Assembly (NCBI RefSeq): GCF_003704095.1
Contig: NW_020843402.1
Coordinates: forward strand, 372,001 to 436,000
From: Pocillopora damicornis
Lineage: Eukaryota
Reading direction: 5' to 3'
Length of the DNA: 64,000 nucleotides
Position 1 is the stretch's first letter; each line of letters opens with the position of its first letter. Shown here piece after piece: positions 24,975 through 37,030 of this stretch. Position numbers and translations under genes: made by a program. The notes under the pieces are model-generated. The model saw nothing but the letters and a program-made list of their open reading frames with translations. It made no database searches and was not told the origin of the DNA.

Positions 24975-25411
24975 GCTTGTTTCCCCTTCAGAGCTGCTTA
25001 CAAGAAGAAATTATATTTTCACACGCAGTAACGCTACTTTCTCATGAGGGGGTGGAGGGGGGGAGGAGTCCAGAAAACTATATTTCTTGCAATTTTGTCG
25101 TATTAAACGCCTACGCTTTAAATGAATTCTTTCTCAGATCACAGTTTTGAAACCTTAATTATGCAAAAGTAAAGAAAAAGCATTTGGTCACACAATATTC
25201 TTGAACACCCGTGATATTTGACATTTTCTGATCTGAGTACAATAATGAAGCCATCTCGAATGATTTTTTGAATTGAAAGATAAAATAATAACTTTTGGGT
25301 CTTACCAAGTGGCTGTTATGTTCGTTCAGCCACAATCTGAGCTAATTGAAACATATCTCCATGTCAAGCTAGCTGTCTCAATAAGATCACACCCGGTGGC
25401 TCCATATAAAT

Positions 25412-25430
25412 TTATATATATATATATATA
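25412..25430. repeat. (TA)n microsatellite
   Basis: Run of tatatatata. Confidence 0.85.
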
Positions 25431-25578
25431 AATTCATATTCCTCTTTCTCGTCTTCTGTAAACGCCGAGGTTTTATTAGCCGAAATTCACTTTTCTCGAT
25501 TTGATATCGTCAATAATCATGAGATCTAACAGACAAGTATAATAAAGCCTTATATGAACATTTTGGTCTTTCACCAGT

Positions 25579-25790
25579 TAACCCCTACAACAGTAGTGAG
25601 CTCCTGCCCCTAAGAGTGACTGACTTCTAATTTCTCCTCACGGTACCAGCCTTGGATTCAATGTAAAGGTTGTGAGAATAAAAGAAATAATCACCAATTT
25701 AAGAAGCTCCTGATTGTCTCAGAAATTCTCGTTGTCGGTGCTGATGGAAACGTAAAGAGAACAGTCTGGAGAATATAATGATTTTTATTG
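25579..25790 (+). mobile_element. MITE family A copy
   Basis: ttaacccc...ccctaagagtgact...ctaatttctcct...gagaataaaagaaataatcacc...agagaacagtctggagaatat is shared with 54501-54660 and 33111-33326. Confidence 0.7.
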
Positions 25791-26299
25791 ATGCATTCAT
25801 ATTTATAAAGTTAGGATTTTTGGAAAATGTCCCATGATAATGGTTTGTAAGTACTCGGAACTGGGTATTCATTTCGTATCGATCCAAATTTAATTTTATT
25901 TCTTTAAAAGACCTGAGATAGTTCGCAATTGAGTCTTACTGATCCTATAGAAGTCTCACAATTACTGAAATACAAAGAACGGCCTTGCTCATATCAGTAA
26001 TTAAAAATTGAGGAGATCGATGTCAATTTATGTCGCAGAGGATCTTCCGACTGACTTGGTTCAATATTGACTCACAGTGATCAAAGAGAAAAAACCATAC
26101 GTGAGAACAAAGGTCTCAGTATATTTTCACGAAAGCAACAGCTATCCAACGTCCGAAAGCAAATTTAGCTGACTGTGAATGAACGACATAGTTTGTGCTG
26201 AGGCAGCGGTTGTAAGAAAACTAAGGTACTCTTTTAGGGGTTGCATCAGCCGTAAGCTAGAAGCAACTGTAATCAGTAGACTTTATTTTTTCATACTTT

Positions 26300-26574
26300 T
26301 TTATTGTTTCTACTTCATAAACAAGGTCTGAGCCGTGTTTAGCCTTAAAAAAAATTTCAAAACCTAGTGGAACTTAAAATAGCTTGCAGAACTGGCGCAG
26401 TTTATTGCGTTTTTTCAGGCGAACGGGGCAAGTGTTCCGTTTAAAAGAAGAAAAATTACAGCTGTTCACCAGGGTATCTTAATGTCCACTCTAAAAAAAA
26501 ACTCTACTAGGTTTTGAAATTTTTGTTATGCTAAAACACAGTTGAGACCATGTTTATGAAGTAGAAACAATAAA
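26300..26574. mobile_element. Foldback/MITE-like element with ~70 bp imperfect inverted repeats
   Basis: tttattgtttctacttcataaaca.ggtct...aaatttcaaaacctagt (26300-26368) versus actaggttttgaaattt...agacc.tgtttatgaagtagaaacaataaa (26506-26574). Confidence 0.8.
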
Positions 26575-29500
26575 TTGTGATAGACCGTGTTATGGTTCGT
26601 GATACACTAGTTGCAGTACGTACTAGCAGTGCGCACCAACAGTACGTAGCAACAGTGCGCAATACGCAATTTTACAATTTGTAGACAAAATATGATTTTG
26701 TACAAAATGTCAATACAAAAATAGAAAGGCAAACAGTAATTCCATCGCTTCAATATTTTCATTATTTGTATCGCATTTTGATATTTTGCGTCCTCGGCAA
26801 TAATCTATCAACGGAGAAAAAAGGTGTTATGAAAAAGGAAAAAAAGGCGCAAGGTGATTATAAATCATATAATTCAATTTATTTTCATCAAATGAGTGGA
26901 GTTTCTTGCTCTTGTTGCGAGCAAATTTAATCAAATTTCAATTTCACATTGTCTATGGCAAAGAAACAAAACTGTCTGAATAGAACCACAAAATTTCATG
27001 AATTAACATATTAATTATCAGAAACACTTAAATTTCCATTTGGATCTTCAGCCGGATTTAGTCACGCGATTGCATGAGGCATGAATTGTTTTTATTCAAG
27101 GAGCCGATTTGGAAGACCTGTTATGGTTCAAGGCACGTTTAAGCATTCAATAACAAAGTGCCAGATATGACGGATAACCCACACAATTTGTTCAATTAGG
27201 CATTACCTATGAAAAGAGCCTTTGTATTCTCATCCAGCCAAATTGTAGTACACCACTTGTTTTTCAAGCTACAATTGTTATCTTTCCTGAGGCTAACGAC
27301 GGGGGGTAATGATATAATAAGTATCAACCTATCACTAGATAATCTACCATGCATTAAGTGTTTACAAAGATACGACACTTACTGAGAACACCTGAAAAAT
27401 CTTCGCCTCTCGTTTCACGGAGTTTAAAAAGGTAAGGGCTCGGTAACTGTTCTTTCTCTCGAATGCAAGAAATTTTCGCTTCACTTGAACAATTCTGGGA
27501 TGCAAAGTTTCAGAAGGACTAATATACCCGAAAGCGTTGTGTTTCAGTTGTTTGGCACCCGCAGGGAAATTTTATCACAAAAATCTAGGTTGAAGTTAAC
27601 AATGAAGTTTTGAAAACTTTCGTTAGCCGAAACGTGATGTGATTATACAAACATATGTACAGTTTGCTGAAATTTAAGAATTTTATAAATTTGAAAATGG
27701 TTTGGTACTAAGCTATTGATAACGACGAGACAGCTTAGTCACATAGTTCAGTGCCAGTTTAACCACCAAAGAACTCATCAGTTTTAAAATATTAATGTTA
27801 CAATGTACTCATGAATTTGCCGAGTGCAACTGAAGTAATTTACAGAAAAAAAAGAGGGCTTTCCTTGCACTATACGAGAATTTTTCAAAAGTGTATAACA
27901 TTTTTGTTGCTTCATGGTCAAGTGGTCTTTGAAATTCGAAAAAAAAGGGTCTTTTCCCGCATCAAACGGTAAAACATTAGTTTCTCTACAAGTTCTAAGC
28001 TTAATAACAATACTTGTCTGAAGTTGATCAACGAAGTCGGCTTAAAATGTTTGAAGGTCTTTCTACGCTGATTATTTTGAATGTTTTACGACTGCACGTG
28101 TACGTTTAAAGGCGTCGGTACTTGATAAAACGTGATCAAACATGTATCACATAAAGCAATTAAACCGATGCACAGATGGAAAGCGACTAATATAGTTAAA
28201 TGAAAGAAATGAAAACGCATTGCTAACTCAATGTGTTGGGGTGTAATCTATGCCTGTGGTTTCATCGGCACATTGGCCAGAAGCTTTGATGTGAATTTAT
28301 CCAATATGCAGAAAACCTTGCCGGAAATCAGAAAATTTTAAAGCAATCTTGTTTCAAGCTAATAGATTGAGAGAATGAAAACGAACAGAGCAGTCCATAT
28401 CTATTGTCAAAAGTGGTAATAAAAAGATTACAGCATGGAAAAAAGCTTGAAAAGACATGAATATATAATGCTACCTGAGAATATTGCAATGGTTGATTGG
28501 TTTTCATTTGTTTCATTCTATTCTGTTAACCAGATTCGCGAATTAATTTGTTACACGAGGTCTTTTGTGGGTCATGATAGATCGTCTGAGAGACACGACG
28601 TTTAGTTTGCGTTTGTTAGCCTAGCCGGAAGATACCCCAGCCTCATAAGAGCAGAAACTTCGATTTTCGGGAAGGCGAACAAATTTTCACACGACGCGTA
28701 ATTGGATGGATGATGTTTGAGCTGACTCTAAACATTAGCGGGTCACCATGGTGAACTGAACATGGTTCCTTTTCGTGACTGGAGCCGCACAAGCTTTTCA
28801 TAGTATTTTACTTTTCTATCTATTCCTGAACTTGATAAATAGAGGTCGCGTTGCACAACGCAACTTCTAAAGTTAACATCGTTGTAAACAGAAAACGTTA
28901 AGTCGCCAACAGGGTGAACGACTCGATCAATATTTTAATTCTTAGAAACACGAGCTAAGAGTTTTCAGAGCTAATAGAGAGCGAATATCGATACCCCTCG
29001 TGTGATTTTTTACCCAAGCAAAACAGATATGCGCAGATTTAAAACGTTCTATTCTGTTCAGAAGCAGCCAAAGTTTATAGACCTTTCCACCCACAGAAGT
29101 GATCAACGTGCAACGTCTCCTTTCAAAGTCTAACTACTATCAAATAAACAGATAACGAGAATTAAGGAAATTATGAAATGGAGATATTAAGTCGATCTAG
29201 GTGGGACCTCCCACAATTTACAGCTAACGAAGTGTCTGGCACTCCAAGGAGAATGTCTGTATAGATCTTGGGAGAGAATCATGAAAAATTGCGTGCGTCA
29301 CGACAGCCTGCGCAGCAGGAGACTCCGCTGTCCAAACTTCCACAAGACAGCCAGACACGCAAAGTACTTGGCGCACGCTGAAAGGCGTGATTCTTCATCG
29401 ATGTATATGCTGCGAAATCATAATGCACACCAGTCTCTTGGTTACCAAGTAATTTTCTTTTACTCTAAAGCGCGTTCAATGAAAAGTCCTCGCTTTTGAG

Positions 29501-29599
29501 TAAAACTAAAACCAAAGGATTTAAAAAGGCCTGTAATTAAAACAAAGGTCGATGTGATCCTGATATCACACGGAGCTATTATTCGCTTAAAAAAAATTA

Positions 29600-29770
29600 A
29601 AAAGAAAAGCAAGGCAAATACTGCCTGGAGCGCGGGAAAACGCGAGTGACCACGCAGGGTCAGTTTTGAATCTGATTGGATGAGAGGATAGTTTATCTAT
29701 TTTTGACCAATCACCGAGTGAAGAGGGGAAACCAATGCGATCCAGGATTACTTTTAACTCATAGTCAAAG
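29600..29770. repeat. Interspersed non-autonomous repeat, family B copy 2
   Basis: gcgggaaaacg...agttttgaatctgattggatgag...gaccaatcaccgagtgaa...ggattact is reverse-complementary to 11795-12066. Confidence 0.6.
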
Positions 29771-29922
29771 ATGTTCGTCATCAGAAGTCTATAAACTAAC
29801 TATTGTTTTCATATTTGCCGCCAGGAATCATTCAGCGTAGGATCGTGCCTTTGGATACGTTGATTCGCTTTAAGCAACGAAGAACACGATTTGAAACATT
29901 TCTCTTATATTTGATTTGAGCA

Positions 29923-31020
29923 ATGAACAATTCTTCTGTTCAACCGACAAAGATTCTAAATCAGGATCTGTCTTGTTCTGATGCAGTGACCACGTTATTT
30001 ACAGTACTTCTTTCCATTGTAACACTAGCGGCTTTTATTGGAAACTTCGTTGTTATAGTATCCTTCATCAAAACCACGAGCCTTAAAACCAGTACTAACT
30101 ATTACATAGTCAACATGGCCGTGTCAGACCTTTTCTGCGCATGTTTCAACTGGCCGCTGTTCGCAGCTGAGGGGATGTTAACAAGTCGACAATTTATCAG
30201 TGATCATTTGGCTTCAGTTGTTTGCAAACTGGGAATGTACTTCAGAGGAATATCACAAGTGGTGTCGGTTTTGAGCTTGGTTCTTATCTCTGTGGACAGA
30301 TATGTGGCTATTGTATTCCCATTAAAGATCATAGTGTTGAATCGTAGAGGAGTACGACTTGCTTTCTTGACTCTCACCTGGATTATACCGATAGTTTGTG
30401 GTTTCCCGTATGTTATTTATACCGAAGTTGTCAAAGTCGACGATAAAACTTTCTGCAGAACTGTTTGGAGCAGATTGCTGAGAGTAGTCTTTAACTTTAT
30501 AGGTTTTGTCGTATTTTATTGTGCGCCAATTTTTGTAATGACAATCCTTTATGCTCGCGTTATAAAAACTGTTAGGAATCGTCCAAATACAGCAGATAAG
30601 ACACAAGACCAGATGAACAGCAAGAGACAAAAACAGCATCAGAAGATCACGAAAATATTAATATCGATTGTTGCGGCATTTTTCGTCTGTTGGACGCCAC
30701 TTTGTATATATCTGTCGCTGAAAATGTTCCATCCGGATCTCATCGCGAAAGACAAATGTTTGGTTTTTGTGGCTCTGTTTTTCTACTTGTTTCCATCTTT
30801 TAGTACAGCAATCAACCCTGTCATTCTGTTTCTTTTTAGTTCAAATTACCGCCAGGCATTGGCGAACATGAGCCTTCAGGTGTACTACTTCTTTAACAAA
30901 AAATTTCGCGTGCTTGGACATGCAAATAGGCGTGTCGGATCATCGCACGGGCTGGACAATGTTGTTTTGACTGCATATGTCCGTGGAGAAACTGCTTCTA
31001 CCATTTGTGTTAAATCTTAG
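29923..31020 (+). CDS. Rhodopsin-class orphan GPCR, intronless CDS, paralog 5 (inverted relative to the others)
   Basis: 365 aa; GNFVV, TSTNYYIVNMAVSDL, DRY, FYCAP, FFVCWTP, INPVILFLFSSNYR. Closest to paralogs 3 and 4. Confidence 0.94.
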   Translation: MNNSSVQPTKILNQDLSCSDAVTTLFTVLLSIVTLAAFIGNFVVIVSFIKTTSLKTSTNYYIVNMAVSDLFCACFNWPLFAAEGMLTSRQFISDHLASVVCKLGMYFRGISQVVSVLSLVLISVDRYVAIVFPLKIIVLNRRGVRLAFLTLTWIIPIVCGFPYVIYTEVVKVDDKTFCRTVWSRLLRVVFNFIGFVVFYCAPIFVMTILYARVIKTVRNRPNTADKTQDQMNSKRQKQHQKITKILISIVAAFFVCWTPLCIYLSLKMFHPDLIAKDKCLVFVALFFYLFPSFSTAINPVILFLFSSNYRQALANMSLQVYYFFNKKFRVLGHANRRVGSSHGLDNVVLTAYVRGETASTICVKS

Positions 31021-31059
31021 TGAAATCCCGTCTAGAGTTCGATCCTTGTAACACCCAAT

Positions 31060-31525
31060 GATTAATATTATTATGCAATTTCAACCCACTATCTCTTGAT
31101 TGGCCGTAAGCATACTGGGAATTCTCGAAATCAGCGCCTGGGACGTCATCCACCTGCAGATTACACATGTTATCTAGCTGCAGATTATCCTATGGACCCA
31201 TAAGGTCATGGGTAATCATGTCATGTATAACCGCGGTGCATGATTTCTAAGGATAATCATGTCAAATACGCGTACTTTGTGTTGCTCACTGATTTGTATG
31301 TTTTTACGCGTTTAGAAATAAAATATTAGATTCACTTACTGTTGTAACCATTTTTTTCGCCCAATGTATATAAAAAAAGTTATTAAAGTCGGTTTCTGTG
31401 ATATCCAAAATAATCAAGATCTCGGTAAGGGTTATCAGCCGACGCTGATGGCTTCGGCTGTTAACTCCTACCTCGACCTTAATTATTCTAGATATCGCAA
31501 AAACCTCATCCAATAATAGTTTAAA
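31060..31525. repeat. Probable interspersed repeat with internal inverted segments
   Basis: gatatccaaaataatcaagatctcggta (31400-31427) is inverted against tacctcgaccttaattattctagatatc (31469-31496); short internal direct repeats ctgcagatta and taatcatgtca. Confidence 0.5.
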
Positions 31526-31534
31526 GAATTCTGT

Positions 31535-31750
31535 TGTTTCGTCCCAAGCGTGGAATAAGAAAAAAATTTGAGTCCCCAAAGAGGAATCGAACCCTTCGCA
31601 GTCCACGCTACGATGCTCCACTAATGAACTTTGGAGAACTCAGTAATAAGCTAGGCGTCCTGCACTTTGCTAGGATCATCTCAACATTATTCTCACACAA
31701 CGCTTTAAACACCGCTGATCTTAGTAGCATGCAGTACGCATGTCACATGT
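31535..31750 (-). mobile_element. tRNA-derived SINE remnant
   Basis: tgagtccccaaagaggaatcgaaccc is a reversed B-box; A-box-like tagtggagcatc lies upstream on the minus strand; homologous to 21010-21110. Confidence 0.55.
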
Positions 31751-32725
31751 AAACTTTTAATACCTCCTTCCCATCACCCCTTTCTCGCCTACTCCAACGT
31801 ACACATTTTGGAGTTGACTGGGAATGAGTAAGACTGCACGATAATGTCTAATAAAATTACATATTACGAATTATTGTTCTGTAGCAATCGCATCTGTCAT
31901 GACACCCCAGGGAGAGATCTTGTCCTCAACTTATACTCCGTCGTTGTTGAATTGAATTTATTTGATAAGACATTTTGAGAATAAAAAGGTCAAATGCTTG
32001 GAAACTATCCTCGAATTATCGTCAGAAACAAATGCTCATGAGAGTTTAATGTTGAAAGTATTTCGCTACTGGGAGGTTCCAAGTTTAAAACTACAATAAA
32101 AAAAAAGCTGAGGAGTTAGTTTACCCCAGCACTTGCATAGACTTCTATAGACTTCATCGAGTAATTTTACGAACTACTATAATTGAGTAAATAGTTTTTA
32201 TTCAGATATATCATTAACGTTACAATCTCCACAAATCTAATTTCATGCACAGGTAAACATTATCGATTAAAATGTGATTTATAAGCTCGACAACAAACAA
32301 GTAGTAAATACAAATAAATGAGGGAATAAAAAGAATAAAACTACTAGCATATACTGCTTTACAATAAAACCCTCAATGTGAGGTCGAATTACTTAAAAAC
32401 CATTATTATCAACAAGTCGTACATACTTTGATAGACTTAGGAGTACGTACTTTAGACAAACAAACGAGGTTGGAGTTTAAAATTAATCATTTTCACTTAT
32501 CACTTTAAAAGAACAATACTTAAAACTAACAGTAAGAGTGCATTGTAAACATTAAGTCAATAAAAAAAATGCCACATCAGGCATAGATAACCATAAACCA
32601 CTGTACATCTAGTTGTTCGTTTCAATACCCAGTGAGCAAAAAAACACCTCACTTTAGCGCACGCATAGCCACCTGTGTGCTATGGTCAGGCCGGGACATA
32701 CCAATAAGACAAGTCGCTGGGACTA

Positions 32726-35700
32726 TTAGTCTCGCGCATTAGAAGGAGAGGAGATCTCCAAAAGTGTATAAACCACCTCATCTTTTCCATAATCATTTTC
32801 CACGGAGCACTTCACTTGAAGGCGCGTGGCGAAACATGAAGATGCTTCTTTCCCAGGTGTTTCTAGGATGCTGCTTTTAGCCCCGTCTCTTTGAGTAAAA
32901 CACCCCTTATAAAATTTATTTTTAGACGAGACAAACATTTTAGTCGAACCAAATGCTATAAACCACTTAAAACGTAGCCGTGGGGCACCTCGTGTAGCAT
33001 GACATGAAAAGACAATTGACTTTTTCTGCCCTGCATACCATTTCACAATTTTCTCTCTTCCCTTTAGTTTGTCTAATACAGGAGGACCTGTAAACGAAAT
33101 CAAAGTTCACTTTAATCCTTTAGCCCGTAAGAGCGACCCGCATCTAGTGTCTCCTTACAATATCGTACAATGTTACAATTAATAACCTAAACCACACGTT
33201 ATGGTGGTACATGAGAAAAAAGGAAATGATCACTTCTGATTGGAAGACAAAGTTTCTAGGAAGTGCTATTAGGAATGCACAGAGAATAGTAAGGCGAACT
33301 TGCATACTGATTTTAAGATGTAAAGGAACTACTAGGCTGGAGCGGATCGGGGATCTGTGAACAACAGTAGAGGGCGAGGGCGCTGAAAATCTCTTTTTTC
33401 CGACGTTGGTTTCTTCAGTTTCGAGGGACCGAACCCTGCGCCTGGCCTAGTTCTGCCAATGTTAAGGGAATATACTCAAGAAGCCATAAACTTGTGATCG
33501 CCACTCCGTAAAAGAGCATAAGTCAAAGTAGGATAAACATTTAAAATTCTTCTCTTGTTTCACCATTCTTGTTCCATTCAAAAAAAGACAATCATTGCAT
33601 TCAATGCTATGACTCTTCATGACAACATGACACACTTCAAGGTGTAAATTTTCTATCTACTAAACCTGTCTTCAACTCAATGAGCCTCTCAGATTAAAAT
33701 ATTTCAGTAACACAAACCCCAAATTTCCAAACCTTCTCTCACTTTTTTCTTAAAAGCAGTCAGAACAAGTACCAAACAAACGACTTACTTGGAAGATCAA
33801 CAACAATCTCTTTGGAAGCCCTTCCAAAAGCATTCTCTGCTTCACAGCGATATACTCCTTGATCATCAAGACTGAGATTCTTCTTCCGAATGATCAAACC
33901 ATTGTGGGATGTTAAAATATATCGCTGAATCTTTTCACATGGGTGGCTTTTATAACACTTCTTTATTTCTTTGCCATCTTTTGTCCATGTTATCTTTGGT
34001 GGAGGGAAACCACTGACTCGACAGTCAAGTTCTACATCTGGACCACTGTCTGTGTCATTGACAAATATGCTATGGGGTGTTACAGATGTGATACTAGCAG
34101 GTTCCGGAGCTGGAAGAAAAAAGGTCATCCCAAACTATTAAGAAGTTACAAGGTCAGCAAACATTTTCATCACATACAGTTATGCAAATAGAGTTGAGTA
34201 CATTGTAACAAATACCCAGTTGAAAATCAGATTCCAATTATTGGACTCTTTTAAAAGAACTGAGATACTCTGCTAATGATCACAATAAAAGAGCTGAGAA
34301 ATAAGTTACATTGAAAATGTGCACAAAAAAATTTCTTATCTCTTAAGCCTTAAACAGTTAGGCAACTATGACTTTTAGTTACCTTTGACACTGACTTCTA
34401 CATATTGAAAAGATGTGAATCCTTTTAAAGTTAACAGACATCTGTATCTGCCACTATGTGCAAAGTCAGCCTGTAAGATGACCAGATCCTTTTCCAAAAT
34501 TCCATTAGGACCATGTGAGGAGAAGACACTGACACCTGGCAAACTGTCTGTTGGAAGTTCCACGCCATCTTTGAACCAAGTCAGCGTTCCCATATTACCC
34601 TCACAGACATATTTAAGAGGGGAACCATGTAAAACTCTCCTATTCTTATGAGGGTCAACAGTAACACTAGGAGTTCCTTATAAAAGAGAGAGAGAGAGAG
34701 AGAAATTGACATTTAGAAATCAAAGCGAAATAACTGATTACATTTTTTCTGTATTACCAACTATAACTTGCATACATTTCAAAGTCTGAAGTACAAAGCA
34801 ACAGCTATTTCATATTGTTCTTCAAATAGCCATGGAACATCACAAAAATCCTTTGTGATTCTTAGAAAAGAAAAGCACGAACTTACTGGAATCGATATAT
34901 AATAAGATCTTTCTGGTGATAACTTGTCCATTCTTCCTCTTAGCAACACATAAGTAGTGACCTGCATCATATCTTGTGATGCCATGAATAGTGAAGACTG
35001 CACCATTTCTGGTTATTTTTTGTTGTCTAAGTTGGCTGTCAGTTCGATTCAATGTGACATTAGCAGTTAAGTCATTTGTTGTGCAGTTGAACACAGCAGC
35101 ACTTTCAATGGCTGTGTATACTCTTCTCACTTCCAAGTCTTGATTGATGAGAAAAGAAAAATTCCCTTTTACTGGAGAACACTGAATGCCACCTTTGAGA
35201 AGAGAAAAAAGGCACATGAAAGACACTGTTATGTAACAAAACTAGCTAAGTTTTATTAATCTTATTTAATTAATAAAATTATGAAGGCTGGGAATAAATT
35301 GTTAGATGCCTTGAAATTTCAACATTTTTTACAGACTACAGTCACAGAAATCTATACCCACCCACTTCATAAAGGAAACTTAATTCCAAGGTAATGGGTT
35401 CTTCAAAGTAAAACAATTGAGGGTTTAAGCAAGAAACTAACCTGACATTTTCAAAGGGGATGCCAGATTCAGATTTAGAGGTGGACATTTGGTGATTAAT
35501 CAAAGCTAAAACAAATTTCTTGAATGTGATCGGTTATCACCAGCCTGATTTGAGCACTGAAAGGACAATGTCTGTGTCATGCTTGTAATTGGACAGTGTA
35601 ATAGGATGGTTAAAGGGACAGTTAACATGTCATAACGGTGTAAGTAACAGAACGTGTCATGTGCACACACTCTTGTCTCTTGAATGTGATTGGTTATCAC

Positions 35701-37030
35701 CAGCCTGATTTGAGCACTGATAGGACAATGTCCGTGTCATGCTTGTAATTGGACAGTATAATAGGATGGTTAAAGGGACAGTTAACATGTCATAACAGTG
35801 TAAGTAACAGAACGTGTCATGTGCGCACACTCTTGTCTCACATTTTGCCAAGTTAACTGGTTTTTTTTTCATGAAAACATAAAACTGATGTCTAGTTTGT
35901 AGTTTTCAAATTTTGTGATACTTTTGATTAATTGGTAACAGGACTTCATGTTGTCAAATTCTGTTTGTAATCATACCTAAAATTAACAAATTGAACTCCC
36001 ATTTCGTGCTTGTCCAATTTTACTAATCACTTGTATGATTATAAACCTAATCATAACCATAACTAATTTGTCAAATATTATTGGTGTATTCAGAGCTTCA
36101 TTTCTTCACTGATCAATCTGTACAGTTGTAATTCAGTGTAGTCAGACAGTTAGCAGCAATCAGACACCTGTGCTGGACAGTTGAAGGAGCCAATCATACT
36201 AAGTCCACTCAGCCAATCCCATAATCACAGAAATGATCAAAATAACCATAGCAACAACCACTTATCCAAAGATATATGAAGATATTTGTTCTAGGTGTAT
36301 TTGTTTTTCCAGAAATTGAAATGGATATGACAAATTGGTAACAGGACTTCTTGTTGTTCAATTCTGTCAGTAATTGTACTCGTGATAATCAAATTGGACT
36401 CTGGCTTTGCGGTTGTCTGATCTTTTAATCACTCATAATTGGACTCCACTCGGTCTTATTACTATTAGAAATCAGACTCCACTTGGTCCTAGTACCATTA
36501 TAAATTAGCCCATTCCAACAGCAACATCACCGAATGCGAATGAGGCAACACTTATTATCACCAGTCAGTCAATATTGTGATAAATATTGTCAAGCTCATG
36601 AGAAAATGAACGCATACATTCAAATACAAAGTTTGCCCATCCTTCATTCACAACCCACTCCCCCATTCATCCAAAGACATTTTGTTTAAATTTTCATTGG
36701 TAAAGTAAAACCCTTTACAGATGCACAAAACCCGCTTGAATAGAGCAAAAAAATTCATCTATAAAATAGGAAAACATATCATGTCACAGTACTAGCCAAA
36801 CTGCCTCAGCAGAAAAACTAACATAATCAAACTTAAGTCAAATTTAAGCCTAATTGCAATATCTATGCTCATTTCTGTCCCATAGAAATACATTTTCTTT
36901 CAATATCAAATTTTCAGCCTACTGATCTAGTGTCTGAGTTATGCTTAACTATGTAAAATGTTAGCTTGTTAATCTTACCAGCTAACACTAGCAGCACGAT
37001 AGCATGAAGAAATGGCATTGCTAACTTCAT
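32726..37030 (-). CDS. Secreted four-Ig-domain protein (~445 aa), VEGFR/PDGFR-ectodomain-like, no TM segment
   Basis: Phase-1 exons: 37030-36979 (MKLAMPFLHAIVLLVLA), 35192-34887 (GGIQC|SPV...NCTTND...DAGHYLC), 34676-34383 (CEG..WFKDG..HSGRYRC), 34109-33789 (CRVSGFPPPKITWTKDG..DQGVYRCEAEN), 33087-32726 (CHATRGAP..FKW..CSVEN..NARD*). Minus-strand AATAAA near 32197-32202. Confidence 0.88.
33111..33326 (+). mobile_element. MITE family A copy (intronic, degenerate)
   Basis: tttaatccttt...taagagcgac..gcatctagtgtctcct...ggaaatgatcac...tgcatactgattttaagatgtaaagg matches 54501-54660. Confidence 0.65.
34685..34702. repeat. (GA)n microsatellite forming the polypyrimidine tract of a minus-strand acceptor
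   Basis: agagagagagagagagag just 5' (minus strand) of exon 34676. Confidence 0.8.
35519..35838. repeat. Near-perfect 160 bp x2 tandem duplication (intronic)
   Basis: cttgaatgtgat.ggttatcaccagcc...cacactcttgtct at 35519-35678 and 35679-35838 with few substitutions. Confidence 0.95.
35929..36500. repeat. Two degenerate copies of a short interspersed repeat (about 35929-36045 and 36332-36500)
   Basis: aattggtaacaggacttc.tgttgt.caattctgt..gtaat..tac...aaattg.actc present twice; gactccact.ggtc.ta.tac subrepeat. Confidence 0.75.

Noticed and set aside
31535-31640. tRNA gene
   Set aside because: B-box present but no cloverleaf; a related degenerate copy at 21 kb points to a SINE.
35506-35872. Two similar ORFs (ETRVCAHDTFCYLH...) as a duplicated exon
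   Set aside because: Products of the 160-bp intronic tandem duplication; no convincing splice sites, and the flanking exons join in frame without them.
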